Below, one piece after another: positions 46,007 to 54,942 of a stretch of DNA of 64,000 bases. The translations under genes were made by a program, and so were the position numbers. Where the stretch lies: positions 10,296 to 74,295 of IMG/VR virus record IMGVR_UViG_3300047476_001337, one strand, 5' to 3'. Below the pieces are notes generated by a model. That model was not told the DNA's origin. It saw nothing but the letters and a program-made list of their open reading frames with translations, and did no database searches. How positions within the stretch are numbered: the stretch's first letter is position 1; every line of letters begins with the position of its first letter. Origin of the DNA: a virus (lineage: Duplodnaviria; Heunggongvirae; Uroviricota; Caudoviricetes).

Positions 46007-46570
46007 TTAATTTTCAAATAAGTCTAATAAGTAATCAAACATTGTCGAGTATTCATGACTGTTGTTAAATCCATAACCTAACTTAGTCATAAAATTATCG
46101 TTTTCTTTTCTATACATCTCAAACATACGACTTTTGGTCATCTTTGAGTATTGGACATTGGCAATTCGGTCACACAATTTAACAAACACAGCACCTTTAG
46201 TATTTCTGATACCCTCGTAGTATTTGTCGTTGGCTCGTTCTGACCTGTTCTTACCTTTTTCGTTTGTAACTGCGTAGATGATATCAGCAGCTTCTTGACC
46301 CAAATGATTTTTAACATCATTGTATGAAACACGACAATCCTCAATAAGGTCGTGACCCCACGTCGCTCTTAAACAAGCGGTTCTTAAACTAGTATGACTA
46401 ACGTCAACTTGATTATAATCCTTTCCTGTAAAGTAATCTTTGGTATCATCCAAAAGATGTTTGAAATCTTGGGCTACCTGATTAACCATACGTAAGTGAA
46501 ATTCGTAAGGTAAGTACGTATCATAAAAATGATTGGTACTTCTGTGACATTCTATACACCATTTATCCAT
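46007..46570 (-). CDS. HD-domain phosphohydrolase
   Basis: H...GHDLIED motif with a downstream Asp; 187 aa. Confidence 0.55.
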   Translation of the reverse strand: MDKWCIECHRSTNHFYDTYLPYEFHLRMVNQVAQDFKHLLDDTKDYFTGKDYNQVDVSHTSLRTACLRATWGHDLIEDCRVSYNDVKNHLGQEAADIIYAVTNEKGKNRSERANDKYYEGIRNTKGAVFVKLCDRIANVQYSKMTKSRMFEMYRKENDNFMTKLGYGFNNSHEYSTMFDYLLDLFEN

Positions 46571-46593
46571 AATACAAATATAGTTATTTTTTT

Positions 46594-46818
46594 TTAATAA
46601 AACGAATATGAATTCAAACTAAAATTCTTAATTGACATCAAAAAAGCATATTCTTCATTCAATTCTTTTCTACGTTTTTTCTTAAGTTTCCTTGGAAGTT
46701 TTGGAGTGTCTTCATGGTACTCTCGTTTCAATTCAGCAATTTGTTCATCACATTTGTTTCTACCATCTTCCAAGGTATTTACAATATTAATTGTGTAGGG
46801 CAAATAAACACTTATCAT
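46594..46818 (-). CDS. hypothetical basic protein (74 aa)
   Basis: Start directly after the TATCTTTG box (46823..46830). Confidence 0.45.
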   Translation of the reverse strand: MISVYLPYTINIVNTLEDGRNKCDEQIAELKREYHEDTPKLPRKLKKKRRKELNEEYAFLMSIKNFSLNSYSFY

Positions 46819-46838
46819 ATCACAAAGATAATAAAAAA

Positions 46839-46860
46839 CCCGAGACTTTTATATCTCGGG
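46839..46860 (-). terminator. intrinsic terminator CCCGAGActtttataTCTCGGG
   Basis: Perfect 7-bp stem flanked by A- and T-runs, after the stop of 46872..47738. Confidence 0.6.
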
Positions 46861-46871
46861 TTGATTTTTTT

Positions 46872-47738
46872 TTACTTATTTAATCCAAACATTAGGTTTT
46901 GATTACTTCCAAGAACTGTACTTGGAACATCACCTCTCCATTTCTCAATCCACATTTGTTGTAGCAAAAGTGGTGTTAAGGTTTGTTGTCGTAATTTATT
47001 CGACTCGGCCTCAGCTCTTGCGTTTGTTAGTAATGCTTGTGCGTTACCTTCAGCTGTTGCAATTTTGATTCTTGCCTGTGCTTCTGCCGTCTTCACTTGA
47101 TTTTCCGCCATCAATGCTGATTGTACCGCATTGTTCTTAGCCTCAATTGCTTTCTTAAATGTTTCAGGGTAAACCAAGTTAGATGTAAATTGTTGGAGAA
47201 TAAAACCTTCAGGTGCCAATTGTTTTTCTAAAACCTGACGAACTTTAATCTCAAATTCTTGTCTGTTAGATATAAGTGCGTCTGCCGTATAACTGTTAGC
47301 CACGACACGGAATGCATCAAAGATAGATGTTTTCAAGAATCCTTCTTCAATACGGTCCAACTCAACACGATACTTAGCGAATATATATGGGACTTTCTCA
47401 CGTTTAACAGCGTAGTTTACCATTGGAGAACAGTGAAACTCTGAACCGTCTTTTGAGTTTACAACAAACGATTCGTCACTTGTTAGTTTACCATCTTCAA
47501 TAATAGCTTTGTATTCTTTATGTTGTACATATGTTGGAAACTCAACAATTTTGGTTGAAATTGGGTTATACAACACCCATCCTGTAACCTCAGTTACATC
47601 ATCAACACCTTTACCATCACCATAAAGGTTTACTTTAACACCTACGTGTCCTGCGTCAATTCTTTCACATCCTGTGAAAGAGAAAATCATAAGTACCAAT
47701 ACTGATACACCGATTAAAAGTTTAGTTAGATTGCTCAT
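46872..47738 (-). CDS. SPFH/Band-7 (stomatin/prohibitin-like) domain lipoprotein
   Basis: N-terminus LLIGVSVLVLMIFSFTGC (signal peptide plus Cys); a central SPFH-like region with a C-terminal Ala/Gln-rich coiled coil (AEAQARIKIATAEGNAQALL). Confidence 0.6.
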   Translation of the reverse strand: MSNLTKLLIGVSVLVLMIFSFTGCERIDAGHVGVKVNLYGDGKGVDDVTEVTGWVLYNPISTKIVEFPTYVQHKEYKAIIEDGKLTSDESFVVNSKDGSEFHCSPMVNYAVKREKVPYIFAKYRVELDRIEEGFLKTSIFDAFRVVANSYTADALISNRQEFEIKVRQVLEKQLAPEGFILQQFTSNLVYPETFKKAIEAKNNAVQSALMAENQVKTAEAQARIKIATAEGNAQALLTNARAEAESNKLRQQTLTPLLLQQMWIEKWRGDVPSTVLGSNQNLMFGLNK

Positions 47739-47979
47739 TGTTATTTTTTGTTTTTGTTTGTTTTACGTAGTTAATAATTGCCATACCTCCAAGATAAATT
47801 GATATGGTTTGAATGAAAAATAATACAAAAGTTAGTATGATACCCATATTAAATGAGATTGTACTAGCAATGTTAGCCATACTCAACGTATATGTAATAA
47901 GTTGGTTTGAAAAAAATAGGACAAGACAAGTGATAATCATTTGTAGTCCAAAGTCTAATTTATAAAATTTGTTAAACAT
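47722..47979 (-). CDS. small polytopic membrane protein (85 aa)
   Basis: Very hydrophobic; overlaps the start of the SPFH gene, so it is a possible membrane partner. Confidence 0.5.
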   Translation of the reverse strand: MFNKFYKLDFGLQMIITCLVLFFSNQLITYTLSMANIASTISFNMGIILTFVLFFIQTISIYLGGMAIINYVKQTKTKNNNEQSN

Positions 47980-47994
47980 GATTCAAATATACTA

Positions 47995-48372
47995 TTATTT
48001 TTTTAACCAATCAACAAAGTTCTCAAATGGTTCAATAAAAATTCTACCAATCCATCCATCAAGTGAGTAACGATAATCAACATCTTTTTGAAACTCACTA
48101 ATAATTGGTCCCAATGTTTTAATAAAATCATTCATGAATATTTCATCGCTAACCCATTTACCACCAAAAGTTATATTTCTAATGTAACTATTGGCAATAC
48201 TACTAACAGTATACCTTGAAAAATCACTTATATCGTGTGAGTGGTAATTACCATTAAATTTAACGGTTAATTCTTGATACGATTTAGTTGTAAATTTATC
48301 TTTAACCCAATAAATCTCAAACGTCAGACCTTTTTTATCTGTAACTGAGTAATATGTTTTTGACTTACTCAT
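47995..48372 (-). CDS. hypothetical protein (125 aa)
   Basis: ORF in the same-strand array. Confidence 0.5.
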   Translation of the reverse strand: MSKSKTYYSVTDKKGLTFEIYWVKDKFTTKSYQELTVKFNGNYHSHDISDFSRYTVSSIANSYIRNITFGGKWVSDEIFMNDFIKTLGPIISEFQKDVDYRYSLDGWIGRIFIEPFENFVDWLKK

Positions 48373-48626
48373 AAATATTTTGACACCAACTCCTTAATGG
48401 TCTCCTCCTCTTTAAGGGTAATCCTTTGCCTCAATTTAGATAATTTAGCAATGTTATTTAACCACTCAATCTCAAGAAGGTTTCGTTGTTTTTCATGAGG
48501 TGATGATATTTGTAAAACCCATCCTTTTTCAACTAATTCATCAATTAATTCTTGTACTTCACGTGTTGAACATTCATACACATACTCGTGTGGTTCAATG
48601 TCAATTTCTGCGGTAAATTCTGGCAT
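48369..48626 (-). CDS. hypothetical protein (85 aa)
   Basis: ORF with a 4-nt overlap to its neighbour. Confidence 0.5.
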   Translation of the reverse strand: MPEFTAEIDIEPHEYVYECSTREVQELIDELVEKGWVLQISSPHEKQRNLLEIEWLNNIAKLSKLRQRITLKEEETIKELVSKYL

Positions 48627-48630
48627 AACT

Positions 48631-48864
48631 TTATATTTTAATTTCTATTATTTTTCCTTGTTTAACTCTTTCTTCAATTTCAATTTCATCAACACATTGA
48701 GCGTAGGCGGATTTCAATGACCGCCCACCCCAATCTTTATTTGTTATTGAACTAGTAATCCAATTGTCATCATTCCACAATGATGTCCATCCGTGTAACT
48801 TAACAACCTCAATCATTTCTTCTTTTGTTACAACTTTTTCCATTCCGGTTTTATTATGTTCCAT
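48631..48864 (-). CDS. hypothetical protein (77 aa)
   Basis: ORF whose start overlaps the end of the ligase gene. Confidence 0.45.
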   Translation of the reverse strand: MEHNKTGMEKVVTKEEMIEVVKLHGWTSLWNDDNWITSSITNKDWGGRSLKSAYAQCVDEIEIEERVKQGKIIEIKI

Positions 48865-49868
48865 ATCAATTTATCATAAGGTTTTCCATCCCACATGGCA
48901 AACATCACCGCTCTATAAGGTGGATGTCCATGTTCCAATACATGTTGAGCGAACTCTTTCTTAGTTGGTTCAACTTCTCTATCACCATACTTTCCGTAAC
49001 GGAAATAGTCATGAGCCTTTCCACAATGTTCAGACACTTGGTAATAACCATATTTCAATCTCTCAGCATATTCCTTTACCTTAGCATAGAACTCATCAGG
49101 TACATCCTTCAAGAACTCATTGATGTCACCACCATTAGCCAAGAACTCCCATACACCAGTGGTTGAAACATTTGTCATTATCTTATGAAGACGCAAATAT
49201 TCCTCACCCTTGATTTTCATTCGGTTTCCATTAGAGAAACGAACAACAAACCCTTCAGCGTTCTGTTCAACTTTATCCTTCAATTCGGAATAATCCCGAA
49301 TTCCATCGTATTTTTTGACAACATCAAACCCTTCAAACAATTCATTGTATGGAAGTTCTTCACCAGTATCAGTGTTGATTATACCAAGCAATACCAAACG
49401 CTCCTCACCGTTGTAGTCAACCACGATTCTATTCTCAGGATAGATTATCTCAAACAAATAAGTGTACCCTTCAACGATAATGTCTTGGTAGTTGTACTTC
49501 ATAGCAAAGTCGGTCATCCACTTTGATTGGTCTGAAGTAAATGAACCACGAGTGGCACATATCATCGCACCATTGTACTTGAACATGATTCCCAAAGAAC
49601 CATCCATCTTTTCAAAGACCTCAAAGTCAGATGTTGGTACGTGTTTGTTCTCCTCTATGTTGAAGAACTTTTTGAATGGTCGGGCAATTACATTACCTCT
49701 GTTATCAGTAACCAATCCACGACATGACAATGTAACATCGTCCCACAAGTCACCGTACTGAACGTTCGGTGTGTAGTTCCATATGGATAATGGCAAACTA
49801 CGGTGTGTCTGTTTGAACAACAAACCCCTTTTTGTGTAGTCATCTAATATGGCCATTGGGAATTTCAT
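48828..49868 (-). CDS. RNA ligase, T4 Rnl1-like (tRNA repair ligase)
   Basis: SCRGLVTDNRGNVIARPFKKFFNIEEN...FEVFEKMDGSLGIMF aligns with T4 Rnl1 [31 protein letters not shown]...YILTKEDGSLVSTY (motif I KxDGS); 346 aa. Confidence 0.7.
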   Translation of the reverse strand: MKFPMAILDDYTKRGLLFKQTHRSLPLSIWNYTPNVQYGDLWDDVTLSCRGLVTDNRGNVIARPFKKFFNIEENKHVPTSDFEVFEKMDGSLGIMFKYNGAMICATRGSFTSDQSKWMTDFAMKYNYQDIIVEGYTYLFEIIYPENRIVVDYNGEERLVLLGIINTDTGEELPYNELFEGFDVVKKYDGIRDYSELKDKVEQNAEGFVVRFSNGNRMKIKGEEYLRLHKIMTNVSTTGVWEFLANGGDINEFLKDVPDEFYAKVKEYAERLKYGYYQVSEHCGKAHDYFRYGKYGDREVEPTKKEFAQHVLEHGHPPYRAVMFAMWDGKPYDKLIWNIIKPEWKKL

Positions 49869-49894
49869 GGTACAAATATAGTATTAATTTTTGA

Positions 49895-50509
49895 TTATTC
49901 CCACTCTTTTTTTTGTTTTGCTATCTTAATGATTTGTTTGTCCAAGTATTTGTTCACCTCGACCTTCAACTTATCATACCAATCTTCCTTACCTTCAGTT
50001 GAAATAACCAAATCATGGTTCAGGTTCTTAATCTGAAGTTGCCCCTTACCCAAAGCTCCGATACCCAACATGGACATATCAAGTTCCCAAAGGAACAATA
50101 CTTTTACGTTCTTAATCAAAATAGTTTGTCCTTCTATCTTATAGTCAACAAAGACATACAATAACTCTTCGTTGGGTGTACGATACAACTTCTTAATCTT
50201 ACTGATGGATGTCAAGTTGGGCATTGAGAACTCAGAGTCAACATTGTGACTCTTGGGGTCCAACATATATCTAACACCATTAGAGAATACGGAAACATCT
50301 TCCATGGATTTCTTACCTGTAGACAACTTAACCTCACTAATTAATGGGTTGGTATCAGTAGTAATAATCTCAATGACTTTACTCTCAACCAAATCACCAA
50401 TGGTTCTCTGTTGTCCACCATCAACCAACTCAAAATCCTGTAAGTTCTGAGTAATCAAATCGGTAAAATAATTCTTAATGTTCTGGTGTATTTCTTTCAT
50501 ACGGTGCAA
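49895..50509 (-). CDS. hypothetical protein (204 aa)
   Basis: Long ORF with no recognisable motif. Confidence 0.55.
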   Translation of the reverse strand: MHRMKEIHQNIKNYFTDLITQNLQDFELVDGGQQRTIGDLVESKVIEIITTDTNPLISEVKLSTGKKSMEDVSVFSNGVRYMLDPKSHNVDSEFSMPNLTSISKIKKLYRTPNEELLYVFVDYKIEGQTILIKNVKVLFLWELDMSMLGIGALGKGQLQIKNLNHDLVISTEGKEDWYDKLKVEVNKYLDKQIIKIAKQKKEWE

Positions 50510-50517
50510 AGATAGTA

Positions 50518-50862
50518 TTAATCCTGTAAAAATTTTACAGAAGTCCCCAATGTTTTTGAAATTCTATCAATCGCAGCATTAAAACCACCAATGTCTTTAT
50601 TGGTTAACACATAAATGTCACCAAGTTCTTTATACAAACCCCTTAATTTAACTGAGTTTGGCATGTCATCATAATTGGTGTAAACTGTAGCTCCAAACAT
50701 TTTAGTCAACTCGGTTCCTGTCGGTAATTTATTACCATACACACCATCTAAAATATCTTTAACAAGATTGTAATAGTTCATTGTGTAAGACTTGTTATCG
50801 TAGTGTTTTCCATTATAAATAAAACCTACTTTATCTTCAAATAAATGCTTATAAGTTTTCAT
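50518..50862 (-). CDS. hypothetical protein (114 aa)
   Basis: First ORF downstream of the 1.1-kb ORF-free region. Confidence 0.5.
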   Translation of the reverse strand: MKTYKHLFEDKVGFIYNGKHYDNKSYTMNYYNLVKDILDGVYGNKLPTGTELTKMFGATVYTNYDDMPNSVKLRGLYKELGDIYVLTNKDIGGFNAAIDRISKTLGTSVKFLQD

Positions 50863-50904
50863 GGTTAAAACATAATAAAAGTTAATTTATGAATCAATGC
50901 TTTT

Positions 50905-51951
50905 GCGATAAAATTATTATAAAAAAAGAAACCCCGAACAATTTCTCATTCGGGGTCGGACATAGGATACTATCCTATGTGGGGTTGGCTAAAACATTGA
51001 GACTACATGTTTCGTTGACCTGTCTTTTGTAGAGATTATACCGACCAAGGTTTCCTCTCGTGTCCACTCGTGTTGCCACAAGTATCAAGTCATCACCGAT
51101 TGTTTACGACAATCACACGTTTCGATTAAACCTACTCAACTATTACTTGCCTCTATAGAATCTTGCGGACTCTCTAAACCCGTGCCCAGGTACTAGGACT
51201 TTCTTAGTCAAAACTGAAGGACTTGGGGTCCTGTCAATTTCCTCGTTGGTATTTCTACCCAAGGAATTAGGTGACTTTCAGTTTAATCGCTCAGAGACTT
51301 CTCCTTTTTATCTTGATTCTTCTATCAACGAGAATTCAACATTGTGAGTCTATGAAGGTTGAGCTCTGAGGTGGCTAGCTTCTCTTTTGGAAAAGGAAAT
51401 ACCACTCAACCTTCTGTAATCCGCCAAGACTACGATTTATCTTGATGTCGTTAGATTGCTCTTTGGACACCTATGATAAACTGGTACCTAGCCCTACGTC
51501 AGATTGGCGTCTGAGTCGAACCATCACCTTTACCTATTCCTATTGATGTCTCCATCTCAACCCTGACACTCACGTAGTCAGAATAGATACTTTCTCTCAG
51601 CTGTCGCCCATGAGAATTTATCTGTAGGTAATTTGTTTAGTTGTGAGCCACTTTCGTGACACCGAAGTATTAAGCCGTTGAAACCTTTCCTCCCTATAGT
51701 CCCGTTACCGGGGTTATCTTAATCGACGCTAAACCGCCGAAGATACAAACCAATTTAATTTTGGGGGTAAATTGGTGTTTTCAAAGAACGTTTTGAGTGA
51801 AGGGAACCACGGTTTTAAGGAATATCTCCAACCTTTTTCTCAATTGTTTTACAAAGTTACGAAGACTTTTCCGAAGAGTCAAGTAATATTGTAATTTTTT
51901 TATTTGGTAAGTAATAAATATGTTATTGTTTACCAAAGTTATAAAAACATA
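50905..51951 (-). ncRNA. candidate large (~1 kb) structured non-coding RNA
   Basis: The 1126-bp interval 50863..51988 has no ORF of 60 aa or more in any frame and is visibly GC-richer than its surroundings. Its minus-sense 3' end carries two strong hairpins (CATAGGATA..TATCCTATG at 50961..50979 and CCCCGAA..TTCGGGG at 50932..50955) followed by TTTCTTTTTTT. Two minus-sense TAACTTTG -7 boxes sit near its 5' end (51944..51951 and 51852..51859). I could not assign a family by eye. Confidence 0.4.
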
Positions 51952-51988
51952 GTAATTTTTTTTCTTCTGTCAATACCTTTAGAAAAAA

Positions 51989-53224
51989 TTATTTCTCTTT
52001 TGGTATCCAAGGTTGTAAATTGTCTGACTTAGATATAATATCAGATGCCGGTAAGAACATTACATCTCTTTGATATTGACCAGGAGCCAAGTTCTTTGAA
52101 TCAACTTCCAATGCCTTTGTTCCCGTAACATAAATCCATCTATCTTGTTTTGAATTAACAGGTGTTCTACCTGACACACCATATATAATGGCATTTCCAT
52201 CAGGAGCAATTCTATAAAACTTAAATGGTTTAACTTGGTAGTTAATTGTCTGACCATTTTTCATGTTTACAACAATATCAACACCTGACTTATCAAGTTC
52301 ACCACCAGTCTCAGCAACAACCGTGATGTTTTCAATATCATCACCATATTGTTTTTCCAAATATGCTTTGGCTTTAATCTCATTATCATCACCCGTTACT
52401 CTACTTCTTGACAATAAGTCCATGATGATTTGGTTTTCAGAACTATCAGAGTTTAACAAAACATCCTCAAATCTATCTTCCAACCCACGTTCAATCATTT
52501 CAACGGCTTGTTCTTTGGTAGCATCTTTTGGTACGTTAAACAAATTCATTAAGTAAGTAGCAACTCCGTAGTGTGTGTTCAAGTAAGAAAGTGGGTGACC
52601 CTTTTCTGTTCCCTTGAAGAAGTAGTGACCTCTTACATTTTCAATCCCACGTTTATCCAACAAGTCCAAATGATTGTTCAATACTCTTTCAATCATTCTT
52701 CTATATAAACCTTGTTCAGGATTTGACTTGGATAGTTTTTCATTTGGTTTAACCAATTCATTTGTTTTCTTCACATTCCAAGTCTCAACAAGGATTGCCG
52801 ATTTTAGGGAATTGATTAAAGTTATGTTAGACATTTCGTATATAGTTTCTTTTTTCTCAGGGAATTCTTCTTGGTATTGTTTCATTAACATACCTGAATA
52901 TATGTTACAACCATCTTCATTACGTCCCCCAATATCAGGACCTTTCTCCCAACCTAAGAAGTCATGTTGAGCAGCATGTATCCACTCATGTGATAAGGTT
53001 CTTAATACATCAATCAACATTCTACCTTTAGATAAAACTCTAATAACACCGGACTCAATCGTATAAGAACCTGTTGTCATATCACCCTCTTTATCACCAA
53101 CAAATATAATTTTGTCGATGTTGTCGACAGGCATTTTATCCATCAAAAACTTAATGAAGTGATTAATCACCTCACGTTTTTTACTATCTAAATCTGAATT
53201 TTTGTATGTAACCTTAATTGACAC
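51989..53224 (-). CDS. hypothetical protein with an HExxH (zincin-like) motif (411 aa)
   Basis: RTLSHEWIHAAQHD contains HEWIH; there are no other recognisable domains. Confidence 0.55.
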   Translation of the reverse strand: MSIKVTYKNSDLDSKKREVINHFIKFLMDKMPVDNIDKIIFVGDKEGDMTTGSYTIESGVIRVLSKGRMLIDVLRTLSHEWIHAAQHDFLGWEKGPDIGGRNEDGCNIYSGMLMKQYQEEFPEKKETIYEMSNITLINSLKSAILVETWNVKKTNELVKPNEKLSKSNPEQGLYRRMIERVLNNHLDLLDKRGIENVRGHYFFKGTEKGHPLSYLNTHYGVATYLMNLFNVPKDATKEQAVEMIERGLEDRFEDVLLNSDSSENQIIMDLLSRSRVTGDDNEIKAKAYLEKQYGDDIENITVVAETGGELDKSGVDIVVNMKNGQTINYQVKPFKFYRIAPDGNAIIYGVSGRTPVNSKQDRWIYVTGTKALEVDSKNLAPGQYQRDVMFLPASDIISKSDNLQPWIPKEK

Positions 53225-53237
53225 AACAATAAATATC

Positions 53238-53648
53238 TTACTTCATGAAGTTTGTCACGAAGTCACGCAATGTTTCATTCATTGGTTCAGGTAATTCATC
53301 AATACCAAAGTATCCACACTCGGTATGTTCCTCACCATCAATGGCGTTTTCTAAGTCAGGATGAATCTCATCTTTGACATCGGTACCGAATACATACATC
53401 ATACCTTTTTGTTTTGTACCTTCACGGTTCATTCTATTTATCACCCCCAAGAAATAAATGGGTGTGTTTAATTCATGTGCGGTTTCTTCATAGAACTCTC
53501 TATGAGCAGCATGTGGAATCCCTTCACCCTTCTCAACACGTCCACCTGGTAAACTCCATTCACCAGGAAAGTTACTCATGTCAGCATTTCTTTTACAGAA
53601 TAAACACTTATCATCTTTACGAACAATTACCCCTGCGTATTTTTTCAT
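53238..53648 (-). CDS. Nudix hydrolase
   Basis: The Nudix box GGRVEKGEGIPHAAHREFYEETAH matches GX5EX7REUXEEXGU. Confidence 0.8.
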   Translation of the reverse strand: MKKYAGVIVRKDDKCLFCKRNADMSNFPGEWSLPGGRVEKGEGIPHAAHREFYEETAHELNTPIYFLGVINRMNREGTKQKGMMYVFGTDVKDEIHPDLENAIDGEEHTECGYFGIDELPEPMNETLRDFVTNFMK

Positions 53649-53668
53649 ATCTTATATTTATCTTAATA

Positions 53669-54010
53669 ATGGTTATTTCAATTAATAATAATAAATTTAA
53701 CTGCAAAGTTGTATCCTCCCCATCACAAATTCGTGAAGGAATGATGGGAAAAACATTTCAAGGATTTGATGGAATGTTTTTTATCATGCCTGAAGACGGT
53801 GAACAAAGTTTTTGGATGAAAAATTGTATCATCCCATTGGATATCATCTTTATTTCAAAAAATATTATTAATGATATTTCACCAAACTGCCCACCATGTG
53901 ATACAGATGATTGTCCCTCGTACAAAGGTAATGGTGGTTTTGTATTAGAAGTGCCTGCGGGAACATGCAGGAACCAAAACATCAAAATCGGCGACAAGGT
54001 TGATTATTAA
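53669..54010 (+). CDS. DUF192 (COG1430)-family protein, first gene of the plus-strand cassette
   Basis: SQIREGMMGK...GMFFIMPE...FWMKNCIIPLDIIFISKN...GFVLEVPAG...IKIGDKV matches the DUF192 consensus (R.GLM.R...GMLF.F....FWMKNT.IPLDI.F......VLE...G......GD.V). The start is placed at the first in-frame ATG and could instead be 53741. Confidence 0.55.
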   Translation: MVISINNNKFNCKVVSSPSQIREGMMGKTFQGFDGMFFIMPEDGEQSFWMKNCIIPLDIIFISKNIINDISPNCPPCDTDDCPSYKGNGGFVLEVPAGTCRNQNIKIGDKVDY

Positions 54011-54034
54011 GGATTTCTTCCATACATTTGTGGT

Positions 54035-54385
54035 ATGGAAAACAAAATCAAAATTTATTGGAACAAAGTATCTGAGAGCGTTAAGAAGTTTTTCTCACAT
54101 GTTTTTTGGGTTGCCTTGGTAGTTACAGGACTTGGCATAGGTTTTGGAGTAGGGTTCTACTACAAACAAATAAAAACAGTTGAGATGCCATCAAAAATGG
54201 TTGTCATTGAAAAACAAGACATCATTTTGGCTGTCGATGAAAACCAAAGACTTATGGTTATAGATAAAAGTACTGGTAACTATACCATCTACGATAACGA
54301 AATCGGTAAGACAATCTTCACCCTATATGCTCGTAACATTTGGGGTCAACACAATCCAAATCAAACACCAACACCTGTAAAATGA
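54035..54385 (+). CDS. membrane protein (116 aa, one TM helix), holin/spanin-like by position
   Basis: TM segment VFWVALVVTGLGIGFGVGFYY; its stop overlaps the start of the transglycosylase gene (ATGA). Confidence 0.55.
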   Translation: MENKIKIYWNKVSESVKKFFSHVFWVALVVTGLGIGFGVGFYYKQIKTVEMPSKMVVIEKQDIILAVDENQRLMVIDKSTGNYTIYDNEIGKTIFTLYARNIWGQHNPNQTPTPVK

Positions 54386-54942
54386 GAAATATAAATTTCA
54401 AGACCGCTATCTTCTTATGGTTCCTCGTAATCTTCGGAGGTATCGGTCTTGCAATTTATGGTGTGAATCGAATCGAAGAACAAGCCGAGGAACAATACTT
54501 GGAACAGATGGGTGGTGAACCTAATGCACCTGCTTGTCTTAAAATGTACAACAGTATTGAAAAGTACTCAAAAAAATATAAAGTCCCAAGGTATGTTGCT
54601 TACAATGTTGCATACAGGGAAACTCGTTATCAAGGACCGTTTCATTGGTCTTATAGTCCTAATCACATATCTTCAGCTAGCGCTATGGGTCCAATGCAAA
54701 TCATCACAAGATGGGCTCACAGTTATGCTGGTAGACATGTTACAGCAAATGAATTATTAACCAATATTGATTTGAATGTTATGGTTAGTATGAAAATGTT
54801 AAGAGCCCGATACAACATGTATCATAGTTGGGCATTAGCTTGTGGTGGATACAATACTGGTTCACCAATCATTAATGATTACGCACACTACTGTGCAACT
54901 AACAAAGATTACAAACGTAATTGGATTAGGTATTCTCGTTAA
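54382..54942 (+). CDS. lytic transglycosylase (SLT-domain) with an N-terminal TM anchor; putative endolysin
   Basis: TM segment AIFLWFLVIFGGIGLAIYG; YRETRYQG...SSASAMGPMQI resembles the SLT motifs ES...S.AGA.GLMQ. I placed the start at the ATG overlapping the upstream stop (the track start 54340 lies inside the previous gene). Confidence 0.65.
   Translation: MRNINFKTAIFLWFLVIFGGIGLAIYGVNRIEEQAEEQYLEQMGGEPNAPACLKMYNSIEKYSKKYKVPRYVAYNVAYRETRYQGPFHWSYSPNHISSASAMGPMQIITRWAHSYAGRHVTANELLTNIDLNVMVSMKMLRARYNMYHSWALACGGYNTGSPIINDYAHYCATNKDYKRNWIRYSR

Noticed and set aside
50863-51988. rRNA fragment or tmRNA as the identity of the ORF-free region
   Set aside because: The universal 16S/23S blocks I checked for (515F, 806 and 907-type motifs) are absent. 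A loose GGGAGGAAAGGT-like stretch falls too far short of the conserved 23S AGTACCGTGAGGGAAAGG block. No tRNA-like acceptor/T-arm 3' end for a tmRNA is present.
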